Below, piece by piece: positions 7,731-15,972 of a stretch of 64,000 nt of DNA (within the stretch, counting starts at the first letter, position 1; every line of letters starts with the position of its first letter). Made by a program: the position numbers and the translations under genes. This DNA is from a virus (Duplodnaviria; Heunggongvirae; Uroviricota; Caudoviricetes). The notes beneath the pieces were generated by a model. That model made no database searches. It was given only the letters and a program-made list of their open reading frames with translations, and was not told where the DNA came from. The stretch spans positions 64,001-128,000 of the IMG/VR virus record IMGVR_UViG_3300045051_000909; one strand, written 5' to 3'.

Positions 7731-9141
7731 GCTCAAGCCCCACCAACAGCGTGTAGTTGAGCGCATGCAAGACCCCGATCAGCGCGGCCTGGTGGCCGTG
7801 CACGGTCTTGGCTCGGGTAAGACGCTCACGAGCATCGCTGTTGCTGACGCCCTCAAGCTTCCGGCGGACGTGGTGGTTCCTGCGGCGCTCCAGGGCAACT
7901 ACCAGAAGGAAGTTGCGAAGCACACCGACAAGCCGTTCCCGATGAATCTCCAGAGCCTCGAGCTGACGGCTCGCAAGGGTGGCGGCTCGTTGCAGAACCC
8001 GCTTTTGATCGTGGACGAGGCTCACCGTGTGCGTAACCCCGGGAAGACGCAGTCGGCGTTGATGAAGTCTCCGGCCAGCAAACGGCTACTCCTGACGGGC
8101 AGCTTGATGTACAACCACCCTGGCGACATGGCTGCACCGATCAACTTGGTGGCGGGCTCCGGAACCCTGCCTTCGAAGCAGAACGAGTTTGAGAATCAGT
8201 TTATCCAGGAGCGGCGTATCAGCCCTGGCCTCTGGGGAGAGCTCGTCGGTAAACCGGGCCAGACGAAACTCGAGATCAATCCTCTGATGAAGCCATACTT
8301 GGAGAAGGTCCTCCACAAGTACGTCGACTACCACCCGGGGTCAACGGAGAACTTCCCGCAGACACAGGAACAGACGCTAAAGGTTCCGATGTCCGGGCGG
8401 CAGCGCAAGATCTACGACGCAGTTATGGACGCCGCTCCGCCTTGGGTGAAGGATAAGATTCTTCGGAATCTACCTCCCACGAAAAGCGAAGCAAAGGAAC
8501 TCAACGCCTTCCTAACAGGCATCCGGCAGGTGTCGAACAGCACGGCTGCGTACGATCTGAAGAACCCTGCGGAGAGCCCGAAGATCGACCGGGCTGTGGC
8601 GGAGCTCAAGCAAATGCTTGAGGCGAATCCACGCGCAAAGGCCATCGTCTACTCCAACTTCCTGCCTTCGGGTATCAACCCCTACAAGGCCAAGCTGGAT
8701 GAGCTGAAGGTCCCTTACGGTGAGTTCACAGGAGAGATGCCGCGTCTAAAGCGCGACCAGCTCGTTCGTGATTACAACGAGGGCAAGCTGCGCGCGCTGC
8801 TACTGTCCTCGGCCGGCGGCGAAGGCCTCGACCTAAAGGGTACGCGCCTGATCCAGTTGCTCGAGCCCCACTGGAACGAAGAGAAGTTGAAGCAGGTACA
8901 GGGGCGCGGCATTCGCTTCAAGTCACACGACGACCTACCCCCGGAGGAGCGGAACGTCTTGATTCAGCGCTTCCTCGCGACTAGACCCCGGGCCGGGTTC
9001 TGGGAGAAACTACGTCTCAAGGATCCTGGCACGTCGGTAGACGAGTATCTGCACGACATGGGTGCGCGCAAGGAAGAATTGAAGGGCCAGTTCAAGGCAC
9101 TGCTCGCACAATCGGAAAAGGAGAAGACACATGCTGCGTAA
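7669..9141 (+). CDS. SNF2/SF2 helicase
   Basis: LKPHQQ, HGLGSGKT, IVDEAH, LLTGS, SSAGGEGLDL, QVQGRGIR. Confidence 0.9.
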   Translation: MVARSHRFGGYFIKEAKVVTELKPHQQRVVERMQDPDQRGLVAVHGLGSGKTLTSIAVADALKLPADVVVPAALQGNYQKEVAKHTDKPFPMNLQSLELTARKGGGSLQNPLLIVDEAHRVRNPGKTQSALMKSPASKRLLLTGSLMYNHPGDMAAPINLVAGSGTLPSKQNEFENQFIQERRISPGLWGELVGKPGQTKLEINPLMKPYLEKVLHKYVDYHPGSTENFPQTQEQTLKVPMSGRQRKIYDAVMDAAPPWVKDKILRNLPPTKSEAKELNAFLTGIRQVSNSTAAYDLKNPAESPKIDRAVAELKQMLEANPRAKAIVYSNFLPSGINPYKAKLDELKVPYGEFTGEMPRLKRDQLVRDYNEGKLRALLLSSAGGEGLDLKGTRLIQLLEPHWNEEKLKQVQGRGIRFKSHDDLPPEERNVLIQRFLATRPRAGFWEKLRLKDPGTSVDEYLHDMGARKEELKGQFKALLAQSEKEKTHAA

Positions 9142-9730
9142 CATCGCTGTTTTTTTTTGTCGGTTGGGCGTAGTCGCGTACCTTAGCCTCCGGCTTTACC
9201 AGGTAAAGTCGTGGTTGTATCGCTGGGTGTTCGAGCGCAAGTATCGGGATACGCCGCTTCCTACGTACACCAGTATGGATGACCTGGTGGCATTCATCCA
9301 CAAGCTAATCTGGGTAGCCGATTCCTGGCAGCAACTTTGGGACGCATTCTCGTACCCCGGCAAAGTCCAGTGGATCGGGACCGAGGGTGATCGGCGAGTC
9401 GGCGATTGCGATGAGTTCGCGATCTACAGCGCCACCGCGATCCTGAAGGCAAACGCAGCTGGATACCTCAAGGAGTACCGGAATCCGCGCATCCTTACCG
9501 CTTGCTGGATGGACTCCAAGGGAAAGCTGGGAGGCCATAACGTCTGCCTGCTTGAGCGCGACGGTGGGGTCGCTTACATGGATTACGGCGACCCGATTCA
9601 CTTCGACACGCTACAAGATCTGGTCGCGAGCGTTATCGCACGCTACACACGCGAGGAGAACGGCGCGTGTATTGGATGGGGCGTCACGGATCCCGTGACG
9701 CTCCGCCCTATCGAGGTTCACTGGTCCTAG
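9131..9730 (+). CDS. membrane-anchored transglutaminase-like Cys protease
   Basis: N-terminal hydrophobic segment; GDCDEFA, GHNVC, YMDYG give a Cys-His-Asp triad. Confidence 0.65.
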   Translation: MLRNIAVFFCRLGVVAYLSLRLYQVKSWLYRWVFERKYRDTPLPTYTSMDDLVAFIHKLIWVADSWQQLWDAFSYPGKVQWIGTEGDRRVGDCDEFAIYSATAILKANAAGYLKEYRNPRILTACWMDSKGKLGGHNVCLLERDGGVAYMDYGDPIHFDTLQDLVASVIARYTREENGACIGWGVTDPVTLRPIEVHWS

Positions 9731-10065
9731 AGTCCGAAGCGCTCCCAGCGAGAGTCCACACCGGCATCCCGGAATAGGTCCACCATACTCCGTGCGCGGT
9801 ACATATTAAACGAGTGGACGACGATGATCGGTGGGAGTTTCTCACGCGGAAACTGCTCGGGGTCTACAAGGGTGTTGGCAAATACGGTGCCGTTCATCCC
9901 GTATCCGAGATCGTGATCCAAGGTCGCTGCGTCAAACCGAGGGCCATCCCTCATGCAGGCGAGGGCCTCTTCGGCGGTGTAGCAGTGTACACACTCATCG
10001 GCTTCATACTTCAAGGCGAAGTACCGATGGCGAATCTCCTCGTCATCAAGAATCAAGATCCGCAT
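9727..10065 (-). CDS. cyclic-phosphate-processing receiver-like domain protein
   Basis: GGAGG SD; MRILILDDEEIR, TLDHDLG, NGTVFA, IVVHSFN. Confidence 0.75.
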   Translation of the reverse strand: MRILILDDEEIRHRYFALKYEADECVHCYTAEEALACMRDGPRFDAATLDHDLGYGMNGTVFANTLVDPEQFPREKLPPIIVVHSFNMYRARSMVDLFRDAGVDSRWERFGL

Positions 10066-10094
10066 GTTGTACCTCCAGAAGATTCTAGGTGTTT

Positions 10095-10124
10095 TTGACA
10101 AAAGCCCCTAAAGTCGACTAGGTT
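10095..10124 (+). promoter_or_regulatory. possible sigma70-like promoter
   Basis: TTGACA-N18-TAGGTT in a divergent intergenic gap. Confidence 0.4.
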
Positions 10125-10154
10125 TCGTCGGAGGGATGGGGCCATCGGAAGAGC

Positions 10155-11144
10155 GTGACCGTGAACAAGACCTGTACACGTTGCCTCCATGAGTACCCTG
10201 CCACCCCCGAGTACTTCTTTCGCCTCGCACGTAGTGAGGACGGCCTTAGGAATCAGTGTAAATCCTGTCTCGGGAACCAGCCTAGTAAGCCAAAGCCCCC
10301 ACCCGCTATGCAGCGCGAGCCTACCATGCCACCAGCGAAACGGCCTCGTAAACCGTCTGGGCAGCCTAAGGTGGCGCGCGCGCCCGACCTGAAAACAATA
10401 CTCATCCTACCCGACCTGCATGTCCCCGAACATGACCAAATCGTCTGGGACGCACTTCTTCAGTGGCTTCGTGAACACCCCGTATCAGAAATCGTGTTGC
10501 TGGGCGACTTCCTGGAACTCGCTAGCTGCTCACAGCACCCTGGCACCGACTTCACCTCTCTCAACGAAGACTTCAAAGCAGGGCGACAAGTACTTAAGGA
10601 GCTCCTGACAGCTTGTCCGAAAGGACACATCACACTCCTTGAAGGCAATCATGAGACACGATTGGCGCGCATCACTGCGTCAAAATTGCCACAGCTGGCT
10701 GACAATTTGTCAATCGCAGAAGGTCTGCGACTCGCTGAAATAGGGGCAACATGGGTCCCTGAGGATGAGCAACCCATTACGCGCGGGGACCTTGAGCTCA
10801 TTCACGGACACCAGGCTCTAGGTGAAGGCTTCGGAGCGCGCTACCACGCCGCCAAGATGGTCGACGTCTATGGTGAGCCGGGGCATACCGTCGTCTACGG
10901 TCACACGCACAAGCAGCAGGCCATCCTGAAGGCCAGTAAGCGCGGGAATCAGTTGGGCCTAGGACTTGGTGCGTTGCGCACTATGCGCCCAGACTGGCTG
11001 CACGGGCGTGAGGCGGGCTGGTGCCATCAGTTCGCAGTGGCCTGCGTTCGCGCAAATGGGCATACAGACGTGATGGTCGTCTCCATTAGGGACGGCGCAT
11101 TCGTCTGGGACGGTAAGCTATACACCGGACGACGTCATGGCTGA
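10155..11144 (+). CDS. calcineurin-like metallophosphoesterase with N-terminal Zn ribbon
   Basis: CTRC..CKSC; PDLH, LGDF, EGNHE, IHGH, YGHTH. Confidence 0.85.
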   Translation: MTVNKTCTRCLHEYPATPEYFFRLARSEDGLRNQCKSCLGNQPSKPKPPPAMQREPTMPPAKRPRKPSGQPKVARAPDLKTILILPDLHVPEHDQIVWDALLQWLREHPVSEIVLLGDFLELASCSQHPGTDFTSLNEDFKAGRQVLKELLTACPKGHITLLEGNHETRLARITASKLPQLADNLSIAEGLRLAEIGATWVPEDEQPITRGDLELIHGHQALGEGFGARYHAAKMVDVYGEPGHTVVYGHTHKQQAILKASKRGNQLGLGLGALRTMRPDWLHGREAGWCHQFAVACVRANGHTDVMVVSIRDGAFVWDGKLYTGRRHG

Positions 11145-11469
11145 GGATCCAGAACCGCTCGAAGAGGAGGATCCGCCGCAAGAACTGACCCCCGGACACC
11201 ACGAGGTAGCGGAAATGATTAGCGGGGATCTCGGCGAGGCCCTTCTTCTACTCATCGGTAATGCGTCTCAGGTACTCGCGTTGCTACTCGAGACCGACGA
11301 AGAAGAATTTGGAATGAATGCACGCCGGCTCCAGACCTTCTTCGATATCGTGCGGAACATGCCGACGCAGCCGATGCGGAGAACGCCCGTGAAGTTGCCG
11401 GTGGGCTTCCAGGTAGCCGCGAAGAAGACTTTACGGCGTAAAAGCCGGAAGCCAAAGAAAACCGAATAG
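11137..11469 (+). CDS. hypothetical protein
   Basis: 110-aa ORF overlapping the previous stop; acidic N-terminus, basic C-terminus. Confidence 0.6.
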   Translation: MAEDPEPLEEEDPPQELTPGHHEVAEMISGDLGEALLLLIGNASQVLALLLETDEEEFGMNARRLQTFFDIVRNMPTQPMRRTPVKLPVGFQVAAKKTLRRKSRKPKKTE

Positions 11470-11475
11470 CGGTGT

Positions 11476-11549
11476 TGCCCCTGGAAGGATTTGAACCCTC
11501 AGCCTGCCGGATAGAAGCCGGTCGCTCTGTCCAATTGAGCTACAGGGGC
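11476..11549 (-). tRNA. tRNA-Arg(UCU)
   Basis: cloverleaf; anticodon loop CT-TCT-AT. Confidence 0.9.
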
Positions 11550-11553
11550 TTTG

Positions 11554-11640
11554 CAGAGAGTCGAGGTCTTGATCCTCACACGCTTGTCGCGTGCCATCGG
11601 TTTAGCAAACCGCGCTGGGCGCCCGCCCAGTTGGCTCTCC
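11554..11640 (-). tRNA. tRNA-Ser(GCU), 8/4 fold
   Basis: loop TT-GCT-AA; 8-bp acceptor (one C-A), 4-bp T stem GAGG/CCTC, 6-bp D stem, long V arm. Confidence 0.8.
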
Positions 11641-11644
11641 ATAG

Positions 11645-11729
11645 AGGAAGGCAGTGGTCTTGATCCACACGCCCTTGCGAGCGCGCTCCGCTTTCGAGGC
11701 GGGCCTGGTCCCTGACCAGTTTACCTTCC
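11645..11729 (-). tRNA. tRNA-Ser(CGA), 8/4 fold
   Basis: loop CT-CGA-AA; acceptor GGAAGGTA/TGCCTTCC, T stem GTGG/CCAC, D stem CTGGTC/GACCAG. Confidence 0.8.
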
Positions 11730-11738
11730 GAATCTGAG

Positions 11739-11823
11739 CGGAGAACGGAGATCCCGACTCTCACAGACTTACGCCTGCGCACGCGCTTCCAACGCGGCCT
11801 GGTCCCTGACCAGTTCATTCTCC
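11739..11823 (-). tRNA. tRNA-Ser(GGA), 8/4 fold
   Basis: loop TT-GGA-AG; acceptor GGAGAATG/CGTTCTCC, T stem GAGA/TCTC. Confidence 0.8.
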
Positions 11824-11829
11824 AACGTG

Positions 11830-11917
11830 CAGAGGGCGGAGGACTTGAACCCCATGCCCCTTCCGGAGCACGATCTGCTTTCAAGGCAGCCTCGGTCGCC
11901 TAACCGATTCACCCTCT
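11830..11917 (-). tRNA. tRNA-Ser(UGA), 8/4 fold
   Basis: loop CT-TGA-AA; acceptor AGAGGGTG/CGCCCTCT, T stem GGGG/CCTC. Confidence 0.85.
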
Positions 11918-12473
11918 ATAGACCAATTTTCGCTAGCACTTCGTGAGCCTTCTCCTCAGAAGGATCACCCGCGCAGATCTGGAGTACCCGATGCGCCAGC
12001 TCATGAACGAGTGCTGAGTCGTCGAGGCGCAGATGCCAGCCCACAGTGATAAACGTGCCGTCTTGTTCCCCGGCGACACGGCGAAGCGACGTTATCTGGG
12101 TCCAGGTAGGTTCCCGAAACACCACCACACAACCCGCCAGTGCTTGTCTTGCCAGCGGATACGTCGGCTCAAGGTGGACGAGGAGCTCCTCAACGGTTGC
12201 ATCGAAGTCCTCGATCTTTACCGCGTACTGTTTGTCCGTCCAGCCTACCCAGAGACGGTGCGAGCTCTCAAACTTTAGGATCTTGGTTGTGCGACAGCGC
12301 TGTATAACCTGAACGATACTGACACCTATCCAGCCAGCGGCGGCTACCCAGGACACAAGCTGGGCCGGGGCTTCCTGTTGCGACACCATTGCCCATACCG
12401 CAGTTGCTAGGGCGAGTAGTGGAAACAGAACAAAAAAAAGAGCGTCGGTGAGGGTGAGCAGGCTCAGGCGCAC
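11916..12473 (-). CDS. membrane protein with HExxH metallopeptidase motif
   Basis: two N-terminal TM segments; SALVHELAHRVL. Confidence 0.65.
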   Translation of the reverse strand: MRLSLLTLTDALFFVLFPLLALATAVWAMVSQQEAPAQLVSWVAAAGWIGVSIVQVIQRCRTTKILKFESSHRLWVGWTDKQYAVKIEDFDATVEELLVHLEPTYPLARQALAGCVVVFREPTWTQITSLRRVAGEQDGTFITVGWHLRLDDSALVHELAHRVLQICAGDPSEEKAHEVLAKIGL

Positions 12474-12531
12474 AGGCGACTCCTAATCGGGATGCTCGCC
12501 CTCCTAGTATAGAGGGCGAGCGCCCCTGTAG

Positions 12532-13080
12532 TCACTTGTCCTGCACGAGCTCACCGTGCCAGTACTCAACATCGCGTAGGAACGCCTTCCAAGAGACCGG
12601 CATTCCGTTTTCATACCGCAGCGTAATGTTGAGGATGTTTGGTAGCCGCTTTGGCTGAATAGGCTCACGGAGGAGCTTCATCCCGGCCTCAGCGGGAGTG
12701 CTGTCCGCCTTCTTCTGGTTGCAAGGGATGCAGGCGACTACTACGTTCTGCCATGTCGTCTTGCCTCCCCGGCTCTTCGGCACGACGTGCTCGAAGGTGA
12801 AGTTGTGGCGCGGTACGTTTCGCCCGCAGTACTGACACTGGCCGTTGTCCCGGATCCAGATGTTGTCCCGGGAGAACCGTGCGGGGCGATCCTTCTTCCG
12901 CTTGCCTCGGATGTAGCGGACGATGGACGGTACCTTGATGGTCATGGTGACGGAGCTGACGGTACGATCTTCGTACTCCTCGACAATCTGCACCAGACCC
13001 TTGAACCAAAGTGATACGGCATGTTGCCAAGGGACCCGACGCACGGGTTCCCATTGGGCGCTAAGCACCAGCGTGTCCAT
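12532..13080 (-). CDS. HNH endonuclease (McrA-like)
   Basis: CQYCG..TFEHVVPKSRGGKTTWQNVVVACIPCNQKK; AGGAGG SD. Confidence 0.9.
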   Translation of the reverse strand: MDTLVLSAQWEPVRRVPWQHAVSLWFKGLVQIVEEYEDRTVSSVTMTIKVPSIVRYIRGKRKKDRPARFSRDNIWIRDNGQCQYCGRNVPRHNFTFEHVVPKSRGGKTTWQNVVVACIPCNQKKADSTPAEAGMKLLREPIQPKRLPNILNITLRYENGMPVSWKAFLRDVEYWHGELVQDK

Positions 13081-13109
13081 CGGGCGTCCTCCTGTTGTAA
13101 GTTTAGTTG

Positions 13110-13191
13110 TGCCCCCGGGAGGATTCGAACCTCCACGCCTTTCGGCGGCGGGGTTTAAGGCCGCTGCGTCTACCTATTCCACCACGAGGGC
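13110..13191 (-). tRNA. tRNA-Leu(UAA)
   Basis: loop CT-TAA-AC, long V arm. Confidence 0.85.
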
Positions 13192-13194
13192 GAG

Positions 13195-13277
13195 TGTCCC
13201 GGGCGGGATTCGAACCCGCAAGCCTTTCGGCAGTGGTTTTTGAGACCACCCTGTATACCAGTTCCAAGCACCAGGAC
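13195..13277 (-). tRNA. tRNA-Leu(CAA)
   Basis: loop CT-CAA-AA. Confidence 0.9.
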
Positions 13278-13280
13278 GTG

Positions 13281-13363
13281 TGGCTAAGGAGGGACTCGAA
13301 CCCTCAAGGTCTTGCGACCACCGGCTTCTAAGACCGGCGTGTATGCCATTCCACCACTCAGCC
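13281..13363 (-). tRNA. tRNA-Leu(UAG)
   Basis: loop CT-TAG-AA. Confidence 0.9.
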
Positions 13364-13373
13364 GTATCAAATG

Positions 13374-13459
13374 TGCTCGAGAGAGGAGTCGAACCTCCAC
13401 GGCCTCGCGGCCACAGGACTCTCAATCCTGCGTGTCTACCAAAGTTCCACCACTCGAGC
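13374..13459 (-). tRNA. tRNA-Leu(GAG)
   Basis: loop TT-GAG-AG. Confidence 0.9.
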
Positions 13460-13464
13460 AAGAG

Positions 13465-13548
13465 TGCTTCGGAGAGGATTTGAACCTCCACGGGTTTTAC
13501 CCCACCGGCTTCTGAGACCGGCGCGAATACCAGTTCCGCCACCGAAGC
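13465..13548 (-). tRNA. tRNA-Leu(CAG)
   Basis: loop CT-CAG-AA. Confidence 0.9.
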
Positions 13549-13554
13549 ATACAG

Positions 13555-13626
13555 TGCCCAGAGCAGGGATCGAACCTGCGACAGTCGGCTTGTAAGGCCG
13601 CTACTCTACCGCTGAGTTATCCGGGC
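13555..13626 (-). tRNA. tRNA-Val(UAC)
   Basis: loop CT-TAC-AA. Confidence 0.9.
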
Positions 13627-13633
13627 AATACGT

Positions 13634-13756
13634 TCTCGTCTGGGGCTGCATTAGCTTCACCAGCCTTGGGAGCCAGATCCGCGAACACCCCAGCCTTCAG
13701 TTGTTCCCAAGAACTTCAGGCCTCCTAAGGGGAGTGGGCTTTATACCCAGACGAGA
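13634..13756 (-). ncRNA. unassigned ~120-nt rod-like structured RNA
   Basis: terminal stem CTCGTCTGGG/CCCAGACGAG plus inner TTGGGA/TCCCAA stem; fills the gap between two tRNAs; strand inferred from the array. Confidence 0.5.
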
Positions 13757-13757
13757 G

Positions 13758-13830
13758 TCGCGACGGGTGGACTCGAACCACCGCATGACGGCTTATGAGG
13801 CCGTTGCCTTTCCATCTTGGCTACGTCGCG
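13758..13830 (-). tRNA. tRNA-Met(CAU), elongator type (Ile2 not excluded)
   Basis: loop CT-CAT-AA; C1-G72 paired; no GGG/CCC in anticodon stem. Confidence 0.8.
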
Positions 13831-13833
13831 TTA

Positions 13834-13943
13834 TAGCGGGGGCAGGAATTGAACCTGCGTAGACCGGCGTATGAGACCAGTGAGTCTTGCCTAGGCTGGG
13901 CCTTCTGAGGGCTTCTGCGTCGGCTCCACTACTCTACCCCGCA
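13834..13943 (-). tRNA. initiator-like tRNA-Met(CAU) with 33-nt D-loop insertion
   Basis: U1/U72 mismatch, A11-U24, loop CT-CAT-AC; insert at 13896-13928. Confidence 0.75.
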
Positions 13944-14011
13944 AGCCCCAGGCGGGAATCGAACCCGCCGGCTGAACCTTAGGACGGTCCGCCAGATCCA
14001 TCGTCTGGGGC
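13944..14011 (-). tRNA. degenerate tRNA-Arg(CCU) with shortened D arm
   Basis: 68 nt; acceptor and T arm intact; loop GT-CCT-AA; only 14 nt between acceptor and anticodon stems. Confidence 0.6.
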
Positions 14012-14015
14012 GACT

Positions 14016-14089
14016 TGCTCTCGGCCGGAGTCGAACCGGCAACCTCACGCTTCGGAGGCGTGCGACCTATCCAGTTGATCGACGAGAGC
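14016..14089 (-). tRNA. tRNA-Arg(CCG)
   Basis: loop CT-CCG-AA. Confidence 0.9.
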
Positions 14090-14093
14090 GTAG

Positions 14094-14166
14094 CGTCCTC
14101 GGAAGGAGTCGAACCTTCATTCCGGGTTTCGTAGACCCGTGTGATATCCAGTTTCACTACGAGGAC
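14094..14166 (-). tRNA. tRNA-Arg(ACG)
   Basis: loop CT-ACG-AA. Confidence 0.9.
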
Positions 14167-14169
14167 GTA

Positions 14170-14243
<74 letters not shown>

Positions 14244-14252
14244 ACTGTGATC

Positions 14253-14301
14253 AAAAAAACCGGCGGTGTAGGGCGACCCCGACGGAGCGGGGCCGCCCTA
14301 C
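14253..14301 (-). terminator. terminator-like hairpin after AAA ATPase gene
   Basis: 14-bp stem GTAGGGCGGCCCCG/CGGGGTCGCCCTAC, then T7 8 nt downstream. Confidence 0.5.
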
Positions 14302-14314
14302 GTACCACCACCAA

Positions 14315-15832
14315 CTATGCGCGAGCCGGAACGACGCCGTTCTTCTTCTGCGTGGTGGACAGGACCACCGTGACCTCGCCGTTCTCGTTGTCGTGCTCGA
14401 CGGCCGAGACGCGGTACTGCTCCTGCTTCTCCGCCTTCCCGTTCATGAGGTCGATGTGCGTCTGCATCCCGTCGATGGTGACCAGGATGTCCTGCTCGTT
14501 GATGCTCAGGCCGCTCTGCACCGCCGTGCCCTTGGGCAGGCGCCCGATGGCCGCGAGCTTGGCGCGCTCCACGACCTCCCGGATGATCGCCGGCCGCTGC
14601 CCGGCCAGACGCTTGCCGACCGCGCTCAAGTCGGTGCCCGGGACCATCAGGTCCCGTGCGTACAGCGTCACCAGCCGTTCGACGGCCTTGGCATCGGGCG
14701 GCCGCATCACGATGACCGCGTCGAGCCGACCCGGCCGCAGCATCGCCGGATTGATCTTCTCGGCGTGGTTGCTCGTGAGCACCACCATGATCTCCTTGCC
14801 CTTGCTGAGGATGCCGTCCAGGGTGTTCAGGATGTCGTTGACCGCCTCGTCGCGGTCCTCGTCGTCACCCCGAGTGACCTGGTCGATGTCCTCGGAGAAG
14901 ATGCAGGCCGGCTGGTACTGCATGGCGAAGGTGATCGCGTGCTCGAGGTGCTTGACCGACTTGAGGTAGATGAAGGTCCAGTCCTTCGCCTCGCACTTCT
15001 TCGCCAGGATGTTGGCCGACATGGTCTTGCCCACGCCGTAGCTGCCGGCGAGGAGCACGCCGCGCTTCAGCGGAATGCCGAGCTGGCGGCACTCCTCCGT
15101 CCGCTCCACCGGGGTGAAGAGGTTGGTCTGCATCAGCGCCTCGACCTCGCCGGGCAGGACGAGCTCGCGGTCGTCGATGCCGTGGAGGTTCATGAACTTC
15201 GGGGCGACGTCCTCGGGGCTCGTCTCGCGGGGGTTGAAGTCGTCCGGGAAGGCGACGGTGATCGCCTTGCCCTTGTAGATCGACTCCCGGTCGACGATCT
15301 TGCGAGCGAGCTCGCAGATCTCGGTCACGAGGACGCGGTGCTTGTGCTTGATCTCGCCCGCGACGGCGAAGAAGTAGCCGTCCTTGGTGACCTCGATGGA
15401 GGAGGACAGGTAGCCCTCCATGCCCGGGATCTGGAAGCGGCCCCAGGGCACCTGGACGAACTTGTTGTACGCGACCTCGATGCTCAGCATGTGCGGGGGG
15501 CGCGAACCCCAGAAGCCGGGGGTCGGCACCTGGTCGACCCAGCCGAACTTCTCGCGCAGGGCCTTGACGAAGGCGACGGCGCCGTCGAACGGGTGAGTCT
15601 TGATGACCTCGTGAACCGCGACGACCTTCTCCTCCTCCTCGCGGCGGCGGCGGATCCAGACCTCCGCGTCGGCGAGGCTCATGCCCTCGGGCATGATGAT
15701 CTTCTGGACCGGCGCCCGCTCGAGGCCGATGACGTCGAGCTTCTGGGGGTTGTTCTCCTCCATGCCCAGCTTCTTCGCCATCTTGTCGAGCTGCTTCTGC
15801 ATCTCCGCCATGTTCTGATTCTGATCAGCCAT
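14315..15832 (-). CDS. AAA+ ATPase
   Basis: GVLLAGSYGVGKT (Walker A), IFSEDID (Walker B), TSNH..PAMLRPGRLD (SRH). Confidence 0.92.
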   Translation of the reverse strand: MADQNQNMAEMQKQLDKMAKKLGMEENNPQKLDVIGLERAPVQKIIMPEGMSLADAEVWIRRRREEEEKVVAVHEVIKTHPFDGAVAFVKALREKFGWVDQVPTPGFWGSRPPHMLSIEVAYNKFVQVPWGRFQIPGMEGYLSSSIEVTKDGYFFAVAGEIKHKHRVLVTEICELARKIVDRESIYKGKAITVAFPDDFNPRETSPEDVAPKFMNLHGIDDRELVLPGEVEALMQTNLFTPVERTEECRQLGIPLKRGVLLAGSYGVGKTMSANILAKKCEAKDWTFIYLKSVKHLEHAITFAMQYQPACIFSEDIDQVTRGDDEDRDEAVNDILNTLDGILSKGKEIMVVLTSNHAEKINPAMLRPGRLDAVIVMRPPDAKAVERLVTLYARDLMVPGTDLSAVGKRLAGQRPAIIREVVERAKLAAIGRLPKGTAVQSGLSINEQDILVTIDGMQTHIDLMNGKAEKQEQYRVSAVEHDNENGEVTVVLSTTQKKNGVVPARA

Positions 15833-15901
15833 TTGGTGTTACCTCTTGGGTAGTGGTGGTGGTGATTCCCGTGCGTGAGGCACAGTTGCCTCACAGCGAC
15901 G

Positions 15902-15910
15902 GCTTATACC
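15902..15910 (-). promoter_or_regulatory. possible -10 element for AAA ATPase gene
   Basis: GGTATAAGC on - strand, intergenic, just after a terminator and about 70 nt before the ATG. Confidence 0.35.
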
Positions 15911-15944
15911 CGAGAGTCATGAATTTTTTGAAAGCCTGGGAGCC

Positions 15945-15972
15945 AAAAAAAGCCGGGTTATAGGTGGCCCGG
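15945..15972 (-). terminator. intrinsic terminator ending the large ncRNA
   Basis: CCGGG-N10-CCCGG followed by C-T7 on the - strand. Confidence 0.5.

Noticed and set aside
11830-11917. tRNA-Sec or opal suppressor reading of the Sec-like tRNA
   Set aside because: The anticodon is UGA (reads UCA, Ser), not UCA; the fold is 8/4, not the 8/5 of bacterial tRNA-Sec
13634-13756. SRP RNA
   Set aside because: Lacks the CAGG..GGAA..AGCAG helix-8 signature
13944-14011. Amber suppressor or tRNA-Pyl reading (CTA within GTCCTAA)
   Set aside because: Stem register GGACC/GGTTC centres the loop on CCT; shifting to CTA breaks the stem; no sign of TAG recoding in the ORFs
14393-15853. 486-aa + strand ORF (likewise 16502..17284, 17978..18703, 20443..21702, 32425..33606, 33685..34500)
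   Set aside because: Antisense shadows of high-GC3 genes on the - strand; no motifs, no SD, repetitive L/V/G/D composition
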